A DNA stretch of 64,000 nt from Chitinophagaceae bacterium. Its GTDB lineage: Bacteria > Bacteroidota > Bacteroidia > Chitinophagales > Chitinophagaceae. How positions within the stretch are numbered: position 1 is the stretch's first letter; each line of letters opens with the position of its first letter. The notes below the pieces were generated by a model, which had not been told where the DNA came from, ran no database searches, and saw only the letters and a program-made list of their open reading frames with translations. Positions 7,746-17,586 of this stretch are shown one piece after another. The position numbers and the translations under genes are program-made. Where the stretch lies: NCBI GenBank assembly GCA_025363355.1, contig JANYEB010000037.1, positions 111,056 through 175,055 on the forward strand. The letters are read 5' to 3'.

Positions 7746-10010
7746 TTATTCCTCTGTATCAAACCGATCTACACTTTGTATTCCCTTAAGACTTTTAAGA
7801 CGTTCAACAAGTTCTTCTAATTCTTCTTTATCGTGAACGAATATTTTTATCATTCCTTCAAATAAGCCAGAATCACTTTCAATACTTAATCCTGCAATAT
7901 TTATTCTCATATCACCACTAATAATGGTAGTTATTTTATTGATAACACCAACATCATCCATACCAATTATTTTCAATCCTGTTAAGAAAGAAATTTCTTT
8001 ATTTTTTGCCCACTTGGTTCTAACAATTCTATGCCCATAATTTGACATTAATTGTGGAGCATTAGGGCAATTTACTCTATGAATCACCATTCCCTTCCCA
8101 ATGGTAATAAATCCAAAAACATTATCTCCAGGAATTGGCTTACAACACTTGGCTAATTCATACTGAATTTGGTCGCTGCTTTCTCCAAAAATTATCAGCT
8201 CTGTATCTTTTTTAGTAAGAGGTTTTACTTGTGGGTCATAAGCCATTGGTTCAACTTTTTCAACCACAATTGGTTTGGGTTGCTCTAACCTGTTACCAAT
8301 TACTTGAAAATCTTTTAACTCCTTTAAGTCGATATTTTTTACGGCAATTTTATATAACAAATCAAGATGTGATGAAAGCTTGTAAAATACTGCTACTTCA
8401 TCAATATTACCTGGTGTAAAAGCTGCACCCATTCCCTCAATCTTTCTTTGCAAAATATATCTTCCATCTTCTGCAATCTTTCTTTTTTCCTCTTTTAAAG
8501 CATCTTTAATTTTTGTTTTAGCCTTAGCAGTAACAACATATTGAAGCCAGTCTTCATTTGGTTTTTGTTTGTTGCTGGTAATGATTTCTATTTGATCTCC
8601 ACTACGCAGTTTATGACTTATAGGAACCAATTTATGATGCACTTTAGCACCAATACACTTGCTGCCAACAGCACTGTGAATTGAGAACGCAAAATCAAGT
8701 GCAGAGCTACCTTTTGGCAACATTTTTATTTCGCCTTTGGGCGTATAAACATAAATCTCTTCGGCTAAAAAAGACGTTTTAAAATCTTGTAAAAAATCAA
8801 CACTATCAGTATCTTGATTATTGATAACTTCTCTTATTTGAGAGAACCATTGGTCAAATCTATCCTCACTTGAATTGGTGCTTCCTTCTTTGTATTTATA
8901 GTGAGCTGCCAACCCTTTTTCTGCAATCTCATTCATTCTTGCAGTTCTAATTTGCACTTCAACCCATTTACCTTGTGGCCCCATTACAGTTGTGTGCAAG
9001 GCTTCATATCCATTACTTTTTGGGTTGCTTAACCAATCTCTAAGTCTTTCTGGTCTTGGGTTATAGGCATTTGCAATAATGCTGTAAATTTTCCAGCAAT
9101 CTGCTTTTTCATCTTCTGGTTTGCTGTTCAATAAAATTCTAATGGCAAACAAATCATAAACTTGCTCAAAAGTTACACCTTGCTTTTTTATTTTATTCCA
9201 AATAGAATGTATGCTTTTAGGTCGTCCATAAATTTCAAAAGGAACACCAGTAGCTTCTAGTTTTTCTTTAAGAGGTTTAATAAATTCATTAATATATTTT
9301 GTTCTAGAAGTTTTGGTTTCTGCTAGTTTTTTTGCGATGTCTTTATAGACATCTGGCTCAAGATATTTCATTGCAAGATCTTCCATCTCAGACTTAATCT
9401 TATACAAACCCATTCTATGAGCCAATGGTGCATACACCCAAATTGTTTCAGAGGCAATTTTAAGTTGCTTCTCTTTTTTCATTGAATCCAAGGTTCGCAT
9501 ATTATGCAACCTATCAGCTAGTTTTATCAATATTACTCTAGGATCATCTGTAAGTGTAAGTAATATTTTTTTGAAATTTTCAGCTTGTTGCGATGAATTG
9601 GCATCCATCACATTTGAAATCTTGGTTAAGCCATCAACAATTTTCGCAATCTCGGTTCCAAATTCTCTTTCTATATCTTCAAGTGAAATATCTGTATCTT
9701 CAACAGTATCGTGTAGTAACGCACAAATAGTACTTCTAATACCCAAGCCAATTTCTTCAACACATATTTGAGCTACTGCAAGAGGATGAAGAATATAAGG
9801 CTCTCCACTTTTTCTACGCATACTTTTATGAGCGTTAGCACTCATCTCAAAAGCCTGTCTAACTAGTATTTTATCGCCTTTTTTAAGCTTTATTCCAAGC
9901 TGTCGAAGCAGTGCTCTATAATGCCTAAGAATTAATTTTTTTTCTTCAGCATCATTTAAATTGTATTTAGGCTCTAGGGGTTCTGTTACTATTTGTTGAT
10001 CGTTAGTCAT
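7746..10010 (-). CDS. rel: Bifunctional (p)ppGpp synthetase/hydrolase, RelA/SpoT family
   Basis: HD hydrolase motif (HPLAVA...LLHDTVEDT), synthetase region (YRPKSIHSIWNKI...DLFAIRI...GYEALHT), TGS and C-terminal ACT-like domains. The start is probably MTNDQQ at 10010; the ORF-track start is 10049. Confidence 0.9.
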   Translation of the reverse strand: MTNDQQIVTEPLEPKYNLNDAEEKKLILRHYRALLRQLGIKLKKGDKILVRQAFEMSANAHKSMRRKSGEPYILHPLAVAQICVEEIGLGIRSTICALLHDTVEDTDISLEDIEREFGTEIAKIVDGLTKISNVMDANSSQQAENFKKILLTLTDDPRVILIKLADRLHNMRTLDSMKKEKQLKIASETIWVYAPLAHRMGLYKIKSEMEDLAMKYLEPDVYKDIAKKLAETKTSRTKYINEFIKPLKEKLEATGVPFEIYGRPKSIHSIWNKIKKQGVTFEQVYDLFAIRILLNSKPEDEKADCWKIYSIIANAYNPRPERLRDWLSNPKSNGYEALHTTVMGPQGKWVEVQIRTARMNEIAEKGLAAHYKYKEGSTNSSEDRFDQWFSQIREVINNQDTDSVDFLQDFKTSFLAEEIYVYTPKGEIKMLPKGSSALDFAFSIHSAVGSKCIGAKVHHKLVPISHKLRSGDQIEIITSNKQKPNEDWLQYVVTAKAKTKIKDALKEEKRKIAEDGRYILQRKIEGMGAAFTPGNIDEVAVFYKLSSHLDLLYKIAVKNIDLKELKDFQVIGNRLEQPKPIVVEKVEPMAYDPQVKPLTKKDTELIIFGESSDQIQYELAKCCKPIPGDNVFGFITIGKGMVIHRVNCPNAPQLMSNYGHRIVRTKWAKNKEISFLTGLKIIGMDDVGVINKITTIISGDMRINIAGLSIESDSGLFEGMIKIFVHDKEELEELVERLKSLKGIQSVDRFDTEE

Positions 10011-10122
10011 CGAAAACGAATATAGTAAAAAACTAAATATTTGAATCAAGAAAAATCAGTTGTTGATTTGCTAAGATTTCCCTAAAGTTTGTTCTTAAGG
10101 CTCAATTTTATAAATGAGCATT

Positions 10123-10130
10123 TATATTTG
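10123..10130 (+). promoter_or_regulatory. Candidate -7 box (TAnnTTTG) for the skp-like gene
   Basis: TATATTTG ends 18 nt upstream of the ATG at 10149. Confidence 0.3.
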
Positions 10131-10148
10131 TCGTTCTAAAAATTAAGA

Positions 10149-10733
10149 ATGAAGAATTTAAACACAATATTGAATGTTGTTCTGGCAATTGCTGTTGCGG
10201 TACTTTTCTATTTTCACTTCTCTGGAAACAAACAAAATAAATCAATGGCTGCAAAATCAAGCTGTGCAAAAGGCTGTGTTATTGCTTATTTTGAGATGGA
10301 TTCTATTCAAAATCACTTTGATTACTACAAACAAATCATTGAAGAGTTATCAAAAAAAGAACAAGATGTTAGAACTGTTTTAGCAACTAAAAAAAATGCT
10401 AATATTTCTAAATTAAAAGAGTATCAAGGCAGAGGCAGCAGTATGACGCAAGAACAAATGGCTGTGGCACAACAAGACCTTCAAAATCGTGATAGAGCCT
10501 ACCAATTAGACGAACAAACCGAAGCTAATAAACTTCAAGACGAAACTAGAACGAAACTTTTAGAAGTTAAAAAGAAAATCGAAGACTTTTTAAAAGAGTA
10601 TAACAAGGATAAAACTTATTCCTTCATCTTGTCAAACTCATCAGATTTAATTTACTATAAAGACTCTTCTTACAATATCACCAACGACATAGTAAAAGGT
10701 TTAAATAACCTATACAAGGTTAAAAAGAAATAG
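10149..10733 (+). CDS. OmpH/Skp-family periplasmic chaperone
   Basis: An N-terminal TM/signal segment followed by a long charged coiled-coil (KLQDETRTKLLEVKKKIEDFLKEY). Size and architecture are typical of OmpH. Confidence 0.65.
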   Translation: MKNLNTILNVVLAIAVAVLFYFHFSGNKQNKSMAAKSSCAKGCVIAYFEMDSIQNHFDYYKQIIEELSKKEQDVRTVLATKKNANISKLKEYQGRGSSMTQEQMAVAQQDLQNRDRAYQLDEQTEANKLQDETRTKLLEVKKKIEDFLKEYNKDKTYSFILSNSSDLIYYKDSSYNITNDIVKGLNNLYKVKKK

Positions 10734-10876
10734 TGGTATTTATAGATATTTTATCAACGCTTGGCTGTTTAAGTTGGGCGTTTTTTGTTTTAAAAGACTA
10801 CTCAAAAATTTTAGTGTCATTTTTCCCACAGTTTAATCCATCTTAACTTACTTTGCCGCCATAAATTAAAAGTACA

Positions 10877-11611
10877 ATGAAAAAATTATTGCTTCCTTTA
10901 TTCACAATTATTATTGCAATTCCTGCAATTTCTCAAACAAAAAAAACGCAAACAGCAAAAGCACAACCTCAAAAAACGACTACTGCTAAACCAACAACAA
11001 CTCCAGTTCTTAAAACATTAAGAGATAGTACAAGCTATGCTTTAGGTGTAAATATTGCTCGTAATTTAAAAGCACAAAACTTAGATAAAATTGATGCAAT
11101 GCTTTTATATAAAGGATTGAGCGATGTTTTATTAGGTAAAGCAGTTGGTTTAAATGATGCAGATGCAAGCCGTTGCGTAAATACTTATGTTCAATCAATG
11201 AATGGTAAAAAAGCTTCAGGAGCTAAAACTGCCGGACAAAAATTCTTAGCTGAAAATGCAAAAAAACCTGGCATTATTAGTATGCCTGGTGGATGGCAAT
11301 ATCAAGTTTTAAAAGCAAGCGATAGCAAAGAACACCCAACAGAAACAGACAAGGTTAAGGTTCATTATCATGGAACTTTAACTGATGGAACTGTATTTGA
11401 TAGCTCTGTTGATAGAGGCGAACCAATTTCTTTTGGTTTAAATCAAGTAATCAAAGGTTGGACATTAGCAGTTACTCAAATGACTGTTGGTAGCAAGTGG
11501 AAAGTTTTTTTACCAAGCGAATTAGCTTATGGCGATAATGGTGCAGGCGAAAAAATTCCTGGTGGCTCTGCTTTAATTTTTGAAATTGAATTATTAGCAA
11601 TAGAAAAATAG
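10877..11611 (+). CDS. FKBP-type peptidyl-prolyl cis-trans isomerase (Mip/FklB-like), secreted
   Basis: Signal peptide and the C-terminal FKBP core: VKVHYHGTLTDGTVFDSS...RGEPISFGLNQVIKGW...LPSELAYG...IPGGSALIFEIELL. Confidence 0.85.
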   Translation: MKKLLLPLFTIIIAIPAISQTKKTQTAKAQPQKTTTAKPTTTPVLKTLRDSTSYALGVNIARNLKAQNLDKIDAMLLYKGLSDVLLGKAVGLNDADASRCVNTYVQSMNGKKASGAKTAGQKFLAENAKKPGIISMPGGWQYQVLKASDSKEHPTETDKVKVHYHGTLTDGTVFDSSVDRGEPISFGLNQVIKGWTLAVTQMTVGSKWKVFLPSELAYGDNGAGEKIPGGSALIFEIELLAIEK

Positions 11612-11678
11612 AAGATAAGATAGAAAAGTAGAGATAGAGGTTTAAACTAACTACTAATTACTAACTACTAATTACTAA
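11611..11678. repeat. Two adjacent heptanucleotide-periodic tracts in the spacer
   Basis: 11611-11642 is AGATAAG/ATAGAAA/AGTAGAG/ATAGAGG-like. 11644-11678 is AAACTAA CTACTAA TTACTAA CTACTAA TTACTAA, five 7-nt units each ending in TAA. The tract ends 3 nt before the ATG at 11682. Confidence 0.55.
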
Positions 11679-11681
11679 AAA

Positions 11682-12644
11682 ATGAAGTGTAGCGATATAC
11701 AAATTCAGAATGAGAAAGAAACACGTGGAGGTTTTGGAGATGGTGTTTATGAAGCAGGAAAAGCAAACCCTAACGTGGTGGTTCTAACTGCAGATTTAGC
11801 AGGTTCTATGAAGATTGCAAACTTCATTAAAGACTTTCCAGAACGCTTTGTACAATGTGGCATTGCAGAAGCTAATATGATTGGTATTGCTGCTGGTATG
11901 ACCATTGGTGGAAAAATTCCTTACACTACTACTTTTGCGAACTTTAGCACAAGTCGTGTGTACGATCAAATTCGCCAAAGCGTTGCATATAGCAATAAAA
12001 ATGTAAAAATTTGTGCTTCTCACGCAGGCCTTACTTTAGGAGAAGATGGTGCAACACACCAGGTTTTAGAAGATATTGGAATGATGAAAATGTTGCCAGG
12101 AATGACAGTGATTGTTCCTTGCGATTACAATCAAACAAAAGCCGCAACAAAAGCAATTGCAGATTATCAAGGGCCAGTTTATTTAAGATTCGGTCGTCCA
12201 AAATGGGCAAATTTTACAGCCGAAGATGGTAGTGATTTTGTAATTGGCAAAGCACAAAAAATGAGCGAAGGAACAGATGTTAGCATTTTTGCTTGCGGCC
12301 ATATGGTTTGGAAAGCTATTGAAGCGGGAAAGATTTTAGAAGAAAAAGGAATTAGTGTAGAGGTAATTAATATCCACACCATAAAACCTTTAGACGAAGC
12401 AGCAGTATTAGCATCTATTAGCAAAACAGGCTGTGCAGTAACTGTTGAAGAGCATAATATAATTGGTGGTTTGGGAGATAGCATTGCACAAGTAGCATCA
12501 AAGCACCTGCCAATACCAATTGAATATATTGGCACAAAAGATACTTTTGGTGAGAGTGGAAAGCCATTAGAACTATTAAAAAAATATGGTTTAGATACGC
12601 CGTTTATTGTTGATGCTGCCGAAAAAGTAATAGCAAGAAAGTAG
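11682..12644 (+). CDS. Transketolase, C-terminal (pyrimidine-binding) subunit of a split enzyme
   Basis: Motifs: FGDGVYEAGKANPNVVVLTADL, FPERFVQCGIAEANMIGIAAG, THQVLEDIGMM and VYLRFGR. Length is 320 aa. No N-terminal subunit gene is adjacent. Confidence 0.85.
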   Translation: MKCSDIQIQNEKETRGGFGDGVYEAGKANPNVVVLTADLAGSMKIANFIKDFPERFVQCGIAEANMIGIAAGMTIGGKIPYTTTFANFSTSRVYDQIRQSVAYSNKNVKICASHAGLTLGEDGATHQVLEDIGMMKMLPGMTVIVPCDYNQTKAATKAIADYQGPVYLRFGRPKWANFTAEDGSDFVIGKAQKMSEGTDVSIFACGHMVWKAIEAGKILEEKGISVEVINIHTIKPLDEAAVLASISKTGCAVTVEEHNIIGGLGDSIAQVASKHLPIPIEYIGTKDTFGESGKPLELLKKYGLDTPFIVDAAEKVIARK

Positions 12645-12671
12645 ATTTTAATTATCTATAAAGATCTAAAG

Positions 12672-12716
12672 TAAAACCCTCGAAGTATTTAATATTTCGA
12701 GGGTTTTGCTTTTTGC
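12672..12716. terminator. Bidirectional hairpin terminator between convergent genes
   Basis: Stem AAAACCCTCGAA/TTCGAGGGTTTT (12673-12707) followed by GCTTTTTGC. Confidence 0.6.
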
Positions 12717-12739
12717 AAAGACGATAGCTAATAAAATAA

Positions 12740-13624
12740 TTATCCAATCATTAAAGATGTCATAGTCAATGAACCCATCACAGCTTTATCATTAAATATT
12801 TTCACTTTTTCATTCTCTTCTTTTAAAGCAAGTGTATAAAGTAATGGTAAATAATGGTCAGGACTTGGAATTGCTAAATCAAATGCTTTGCCCTGAGAAG
12901 TATAAGCAATTAAATCTTTATGATTATTGTTCAATATAAACTGTTTCATTTTTTCATTAGCTTCAATAGCCCAATCATAGCCATAATTTTGGGTGCTGAT
13001 TTTATCCCAAGCTATCATTCGCAGGTTATGAACAATATTGCCACTACCCATAATCAAAACACCTTTTGTTCTCAATAATGCTAATTCTTTAGCTAGTTCA
13101 TAATGGTATTGTGCAGGTTTTCCATAATCTAAACTCATTTGAAAAACAGGCACATCAGCTTGGGGATACAAGTGTTTTACAACACTCCAACAGCCGTGGT
13201 CAAGTCCCCATTGTTGGTCAAGCCCAACTTCAGTTTTAGTAATAATTTGCTTGGTTTCAGCTGCAAAAGCAGGGCTGCCAGGTGCAGGATATTTTACAGC
13301 AAACAACTCTTGAGGAAAGCCACCAAAATCGTGAATCGTTTTTGGCTTTTCCATTGCAGTAACAAAAGTTCCTTTGGTTTCCCAGTGTGCCGATACACAC
13401 AAAATAGCTGCTGGTTTTGATATAGTTTTACCAATAGCTTTCCAACCCTGCACAAACTCATTGTCTTCAATAGCATTCATTGGGCTACCGTGTCCTAAAA
13501 ACAACACAGGCATTTTTGATGTTGCAGCTAATGTATTTGTTATATTGTGTAGTTCTTGTAATTTCATATTCTTACCAATAAATGGCAATAAAGCCATTGA
13601 CTTAATAAATAATTTTCTGTCCAT
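12740..13624 (-). CDS. ygiD: 4,5-DOPA dioxygenase extradiol-like (LigB/YgiD family) protein
   Basis: LFLGHGSPMNA near the N-terminus, AILCVSAHW and GSGNIVHNL. The N-terminal extension MDRKLFIKSMALL resembles an export (Tat-like) signal. Confidence 0.75.
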   Translation of the reverse strand: MDRKLFIKSMALLPFIGKNMKLQELHNITNTLAATSKMPVLFLGHGSPMNAIEDNEFVQGWKAIGKTISKPAAILCVSAHWETKGTFVTAMEKPKTIHDFGGFPQELFAVKYPAPGSPAFAAETKQIITKTEVGLDQQWGLDHGCWSVVKHLYPQADVPVFQMSLDYGKPAQYHYELAKELALLRTKGVLIMGSGNIVHNLRMIAWDKISTQNYGYDWAIEANEKMKQFILNNNHKDLIAYTSQGKAFDLAIPSPDHYLPLLYTLALKEENEKVKIFNDKAVMGSLTMTSLMIG

Positions 13625-13759
13625 TTTAAAAGGATGTCTTACGAAGCTATTACTAAAGCCTGTTTATAATTTCAATAATTTCTTGACTCGGAAAATTTCC
13701 TCAATAAACTAATTAACAAATAAACCAATCAACCCGCCTGTCCTTATCTTGCACGCCTT

Positions 13760-16111
13760 ATGCAGGATTATTTAATTGGACTAAACGAACCACAAAAAGA
13801 AGCCGTTACTCACATCAATGGCCCAATAATGATTATTGCTGGTGCTGGTTCTGGTAAAACAAAAGTATTAACTACTCGTATAGCCCATTTAATGGCAAAA
13901 GGCGTAGATTCTTTCAATATTTTAGCGTTGACTTTTACCAACAAAGCTGCTGCCGAAATGAAGGAGCGTATTGAAAGAATGTTGGGTAATAACGAAGCAA
14001 GAAACCTTTATATAGGCACATTTCACAGCGTATTTGCAAGAATTTTAAGAGCCGAAGCTGGGCGTTTGGGCTATCCTAGTAATTTTACCATATATGATAC
14101 CGATGACAGCAGGAGTGTTATTAAGGCTGTAATTAATGAGTTGGAATTAGATGATAAACACTATAAACCAAACATTGTTGGCAATAGAATTTCATCTGCA
14201 AAAAATGCTTTAATAAGTGCCGATGAATATGGGCTAGACCAACATTTAATGCAGGAAGATGCTTTTGCTAAAAGACCAGCAATTGCCAAGATTTATAAGG
14301 CATACACCGATCGTTGCTTTAAAAGTGGAGCAATGGATTTTGATGATTTATTGTTGAAGATGTATGAATTGTTAAAGTATCATAATGAGGCTTTGGCGAA
14401 ATACCAGCACAAGTTTAAATATGTATTGATAGATGAGTATCAAGATACAAATGCTGTGCAGTATCAAATTACAAAATTACTGGCAGCTGTGCACGAAAAC
14501 ATTTGTGTGGTGGGTGATGATGCTCAAAGTATCTATAGTTTTAGAGGTGCAACCATTGAAAATATTTTACAGTTTACTAAAGATTATGATGATGTAAAAG
14601 TGGTGAAGCTGGAACAGAATTACAGAAGCACATCCAACATATTAAAAGTTGCCAACGAAGTTATCAGCAACAATAAAGGTCAATTGCCAAAAGAGTTGTG
14701 GACAGATGCAGAAGATGGAGAAAAGATAAAGTTGGTGAGAACTATGACCGATAATGAAGAAGGAAAATTTGTTGCAGATACCATTCAAGAACAAAAACTT
14801 CGTAACCATTATCGCAACAACGAATTTGCTATTTTATATAGAACCAATGCACAAAGCCGTGCATTTGAAGAGTGTTTAAGAAGGCAAGGAATTAAGTATA
14901 GAATTTATGGCGGTTTAAGTTTCTATCAACGCAAGGAAATTAAAGATATGATTGCTTATTTGCGAGTGATTGTAAACACTCGTGATGAAGAAGCATTAAA
15001 GCGAGTCATCAATTATCCTGTGCGTGGCATTGGCAAAACAACAGTAGAAAAATGTTTGGTGATTGCCAACGATTTAAACATTACTTTTTTTAATGTAATT
15101 GAACGTGCAAAAGAATTTGGCTTTAAGGCTGGAACACTTGAATCTATTGAGAATTTTGTAATGATGATTCGTTATTTTCAAACCTTATTAACCGATAAGA
15201 ATGCTTATGATGTAGCTGTTGTTGTAGGTAAAAATACCAACTTTGTTAAAGAATTATTTAACGATAAAACAACCGAAGGTTTAGCAAGATATGAGAACGT
15301 TCAGGAGTTGCTAAACTCGATTAAAGAATGGACAGAAAGCCCAAGCAATGAAGATGGGGAAGTGCTTGAAAAAACACTGGGTTCTTATTTGCAACAAATT
15401 ACTTTGTTAACCGATGCAGATGATGATAAAGAAGATAATGATGTGGTAAAACTAATGACCATTCACGCAGCAAAAGGACTTGAGTTTGGTTGTGTGTTTG
15501 TGGTGGGGGTAGAAGAAACTTTATTCCCCAGTGCAATGAGCATTAATACTAGAGAAGAGTTAGAGGAAGAGCGTAGATTGTTTTATGTAGCAGTAACCCG
15601 TGCCAAACAAAGGCTATGGCTTACCTATGCAAATGCCCGATATAGATTTGGACAATTGCAACAAAACGAGCCCAGCCGTTTTATTGATGAAATGCCCGAA
15701 GCACAAATTGATAGAAGCTACAGTGGAGCAGGAATGAAAAGTAGTAGTGGGTTTGGCAATAACCAAGGCTCTGCTTTTGAAAGAATGCAGCGTGGCTTTG
15801 GCTATGCAAATAACGATGCAGCACAGGCTGCAAAAAAGTATGGAGAACCTCCTGTTAAAAAAGAGAAACCTACTTATATGGTGCCACCATCTCGCAATAC
15901 AACAATTAATCATATTCCATCAAACGACTTTGTGGCAAGCGATACCAGCAGTTTGCAAGCTGGACAAAAAGTAGAGCATCAAAAGTTTGGGTTTGGATTA
16001 GTTGCCAGGGTAGAGGGATCGGCACATAACCCTATTGCTACTATTAACTTTGATATGAATGGAGAGAAAAAGATTATGCTTAACTATGCTAAGTTGAGAA
16101 TTGTGGAATAA
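13760..16111 (+). CDS. ATP-dependent DNA helicase, UvrD/PcrA/Rep family
   Basis: Walker A GAGSGKT, VLIDEYQDTN, VVGDDAQSIYSFRGA, LEQNYRS, TIHAAKGLEF and VAVTRAK. The C-terminal small domain contains VEHQKFGFG. Confidence 0.9.
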   Translation: MQDYLIGLNEPQKEAVTHINGPIMIIAGAGSGKTKVLTTRIAHLMAKGVDSFNILALTFTNKAAAEMKERIERMLGNNEARNLYIGTFHSVFARILRAEAGRLGYPSNFTIYDTDDSRSVIKAVINELELDDKHYKPNIVGNRISSAKNALISADEYGLDQHLMQEDAFAKRPAIAKIYKAYTDRCFKSGAMDFDDLLLKMYELLKYHNEALAKYQHKFKYVLIDEYQDTNAVQYQITKLLAAVHENICVVGDDAQSIYSFRGATIENILQFTKDYDDVKVVKLEQNYRSTSNILKVANEVISNNKGQLPKELWTDAEDGEKIKLVRTMTDNEEGKFVADTIQEQKLRNHYRNNEFAILYRTNAQSRAFEECLRRQGIKYRIYGGLSFYQRKEIKDMIAYLRVIVNTRDEEALKRVINYPVRGIGKTTVEKCLVIANDLNITFFNVIERAKEFGFKAGTLESIENFVMMIRYFQTLLTDKNAYDVAVVVGKNTNFVKELFNDKTTEGLARYENVQELLNSIKEWTESPSNEDGEVLEKTLGSYLQQITLLTDADDDKEDNDVVKLMTIHAAKGLEFGCVFVVGVEETLFPSAMSINTREELEEERRLFYVAVTRAKQRLWLTYANARYRFGQLQQNEPSRFIDEMPEAQIDRSYSGAGMKSSSGFGNNQGSAFERMQRGFGYANNDAAQAAKKYGEPPVKKEKPTYMVPPSRNTTINHIPSNDFVASDTSSLQAGQKVEHQKFGFGLVARVEGSAHNPIATINFDMNGEKKIMLNYAKLRIVE

Positions 16112-16319
16112 TGGGTAATGATTCTGTTATCTTTTTAGAAAGTTAATAAGCTACGCTTAATTAACAGCTGCAATTGAATTGAACTAAGCGGTAGTAACTT
16201 ACATAATTTCAATAGCAAAAAGCAATATTTCCATCTTTTAAAGGAAGTATATTTAACTTGTAAAGTATTTATTTTTGCCCTTCAAAAACATTGATAAAAC
16301 CCTTCAAATTAAAAACAAA

Positions 16320-17390
16320 ATGAAGCTACAAAGAATTCATTTGCTAATTGCAAACTGTATATTATGCTATGGTGCAATAGCACAAAACAACCAACCTGCA
16401 GTACCTGCAACACCTCCAGCAAGTAACTTTAACTACAAAACAATTAACCCACAGCTTAAGTATGCTTTTATTGTTAATAAGCCAACGACTCCCAACCCAC
16501 AAGAAGGAGATCAAATATCGTTGATTATGCAATCGTTTTGTAATAATAGAATAGTTTATAGCACAGCTATAGCATTTAAAGGAAAACCTGGGGTTTATGG
16601 TGTGGCAAAGCCAGCTTTTAAAGGAGACTTGATTGAAGCTATTAATTTAATGACACCCGGTGATAGCATAGTTTGTTTGGTAGATGCAGATGCATTATTT
16701 AAAGGCTCTAAAAGCAAACTACCCGATTTTATTAAAGTTGGCGATAAAGTGCAATATTTCATCAAACTGGTTTCTATTAAATCGAAAGATCAAGTGCAGA
16801 AAGAACAACAGGCTGCTTTTATGAAACAAATGAAAGAGCAACAAGCCAAGCAAAAAGCAGCAGAGGCTAAGCTAATGATGAAAGATGATCTGGTACTTAA
16901 AACGTACTTTGCCAAAAATCATATCACGCCTACTAAAACTGCTTCGGGGTTATATTATACCATTAAAGAAGAAGGCAGTGGACAAAAAGTCAATGCTGGC
17001 GATAGCGTGTCTATGAATTATACAGGAACATTGCTAGATGGGACGAAATTCGACAGTAACACAGACACTGCATTTAAACACACACAACCTTTGCTGTTTG
17101 AGCTGGGAAAGGGTAAAGTGATTAAAGGATGGGATGAAGGCGTAGCACTTTTAAAAGCAGGTTCAAAAGCGGTATTTTATATTCCGTCTTCATTGGCTTA
17201 TGGGGCACAAGCAAGACCCGGAAATGCTGCCAACCCAAAGGGTATTCCTGCAAATTCTATATTGTTGTTCGATGTGGAATTGCTAACCACCAAACATCCT
17301 GTAACACCGCCAGCAGTGGTTGCACCTGTATTGGATTCTAAAACTTTAAAGGTCGATTCTTTAAAAGTTGAAGCACCAAAAGCAGATTAG
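16320..17390 (+). CDS. FKBP-type peptidyl-prolyl isomerase, secreted, with an N-terminal extra domain
   Basis: Signal peptide from the ATG at 16320 (the ORF track begins at the TTG at 16275). The C-terminal core reads VSMNYTGTLLDGTKFDSN...FELGKGKVIKGWDEG...IPSSLAYG...SILLFDVELL. Confidence 0.8.
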   Translation: MKLQRIHLLIANCILCYGAIAQNNQPAVPATPPASNFNYKTINPQLKYAFIVNKPTTPNPQEGDQISLIMQSFCNNRIVYSTAIAFKGKPGVYGVAKPAFKGDLIEAINLMTPGDSIVCLVDADALFKGSKSKLPDFIKVGDKVQYFIKLVSIKSKDQVQKEQQAAFMKQMKEQQAKQKAAEAKLMMKDDLVLKTYFAKNHITPTKTASGLYYTIKEEGSGQKVNAGDSVSMNYTGTLLDGTKFDSNTDTAFKHTQPLLFELGKGKVIKGWDEGVALLKAGSKAVFYIPSSLAYGAQARPGNAANPKGIPANSILLFDVELLTTKHPVTPPAVVAPVLDSKTLKVDSLKVEAPKAD

Positions 17391-17424
17391 AAATAGTAAT
17401 ATAAGATAACAGATATTTATTATT

Positions 17425-17462
17425 AAAAAGCAGAGCATCTTTATTAAATGCTCTGCTTTTTT
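17425..17462 (+). terminator. Rho-independent terminator after the FKBP gene
   Basis: Stem GCAGAGCAT/ATGCTCTGC followed by TTTTTT. Confidence 0.65.
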
Positions 17463-17530
17463 GTATATTATTTTTAGTAAGATGTCATTAAAATGACGGC
17501 AATTATTTTACTTATTGAGGGCGGTTAGTA

Positions 17531-17567
17531 AAATAAAAGAGGCGTTTCAAACGAAACGCCTCTTTTT
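17531..17567 (-). terminator. Rho-independent terminator after tsf (hairpin usable in both directions)
   Basis: Stem AGAGGCGTTTC/GAAACGCCTCT with an A-run on one side and a T-run on the other. Confidence 0.65.
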
Positions 17568-17586
17568 ATAAATATCTAAAAACAGA

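Noticed and set aside
11685-11698. TGTAGCGATAT at the start of the transketolase gene matches the inner end of the 265-bp element's inverted repeat
   Set aside because: It is only an 11-nt match with no flanking similarity, and it lies inside a codon-consistent N-terminus. It is most likely chance.
11796-12535. ORFs of 73-118 aa overlapping the transketolase subunit gene on both strands
   Set aside because: They are embedded in a confidently identified CDS, and their low-complexity, Ser/Cys/Arg-rich translations are typical of off-frame reads.
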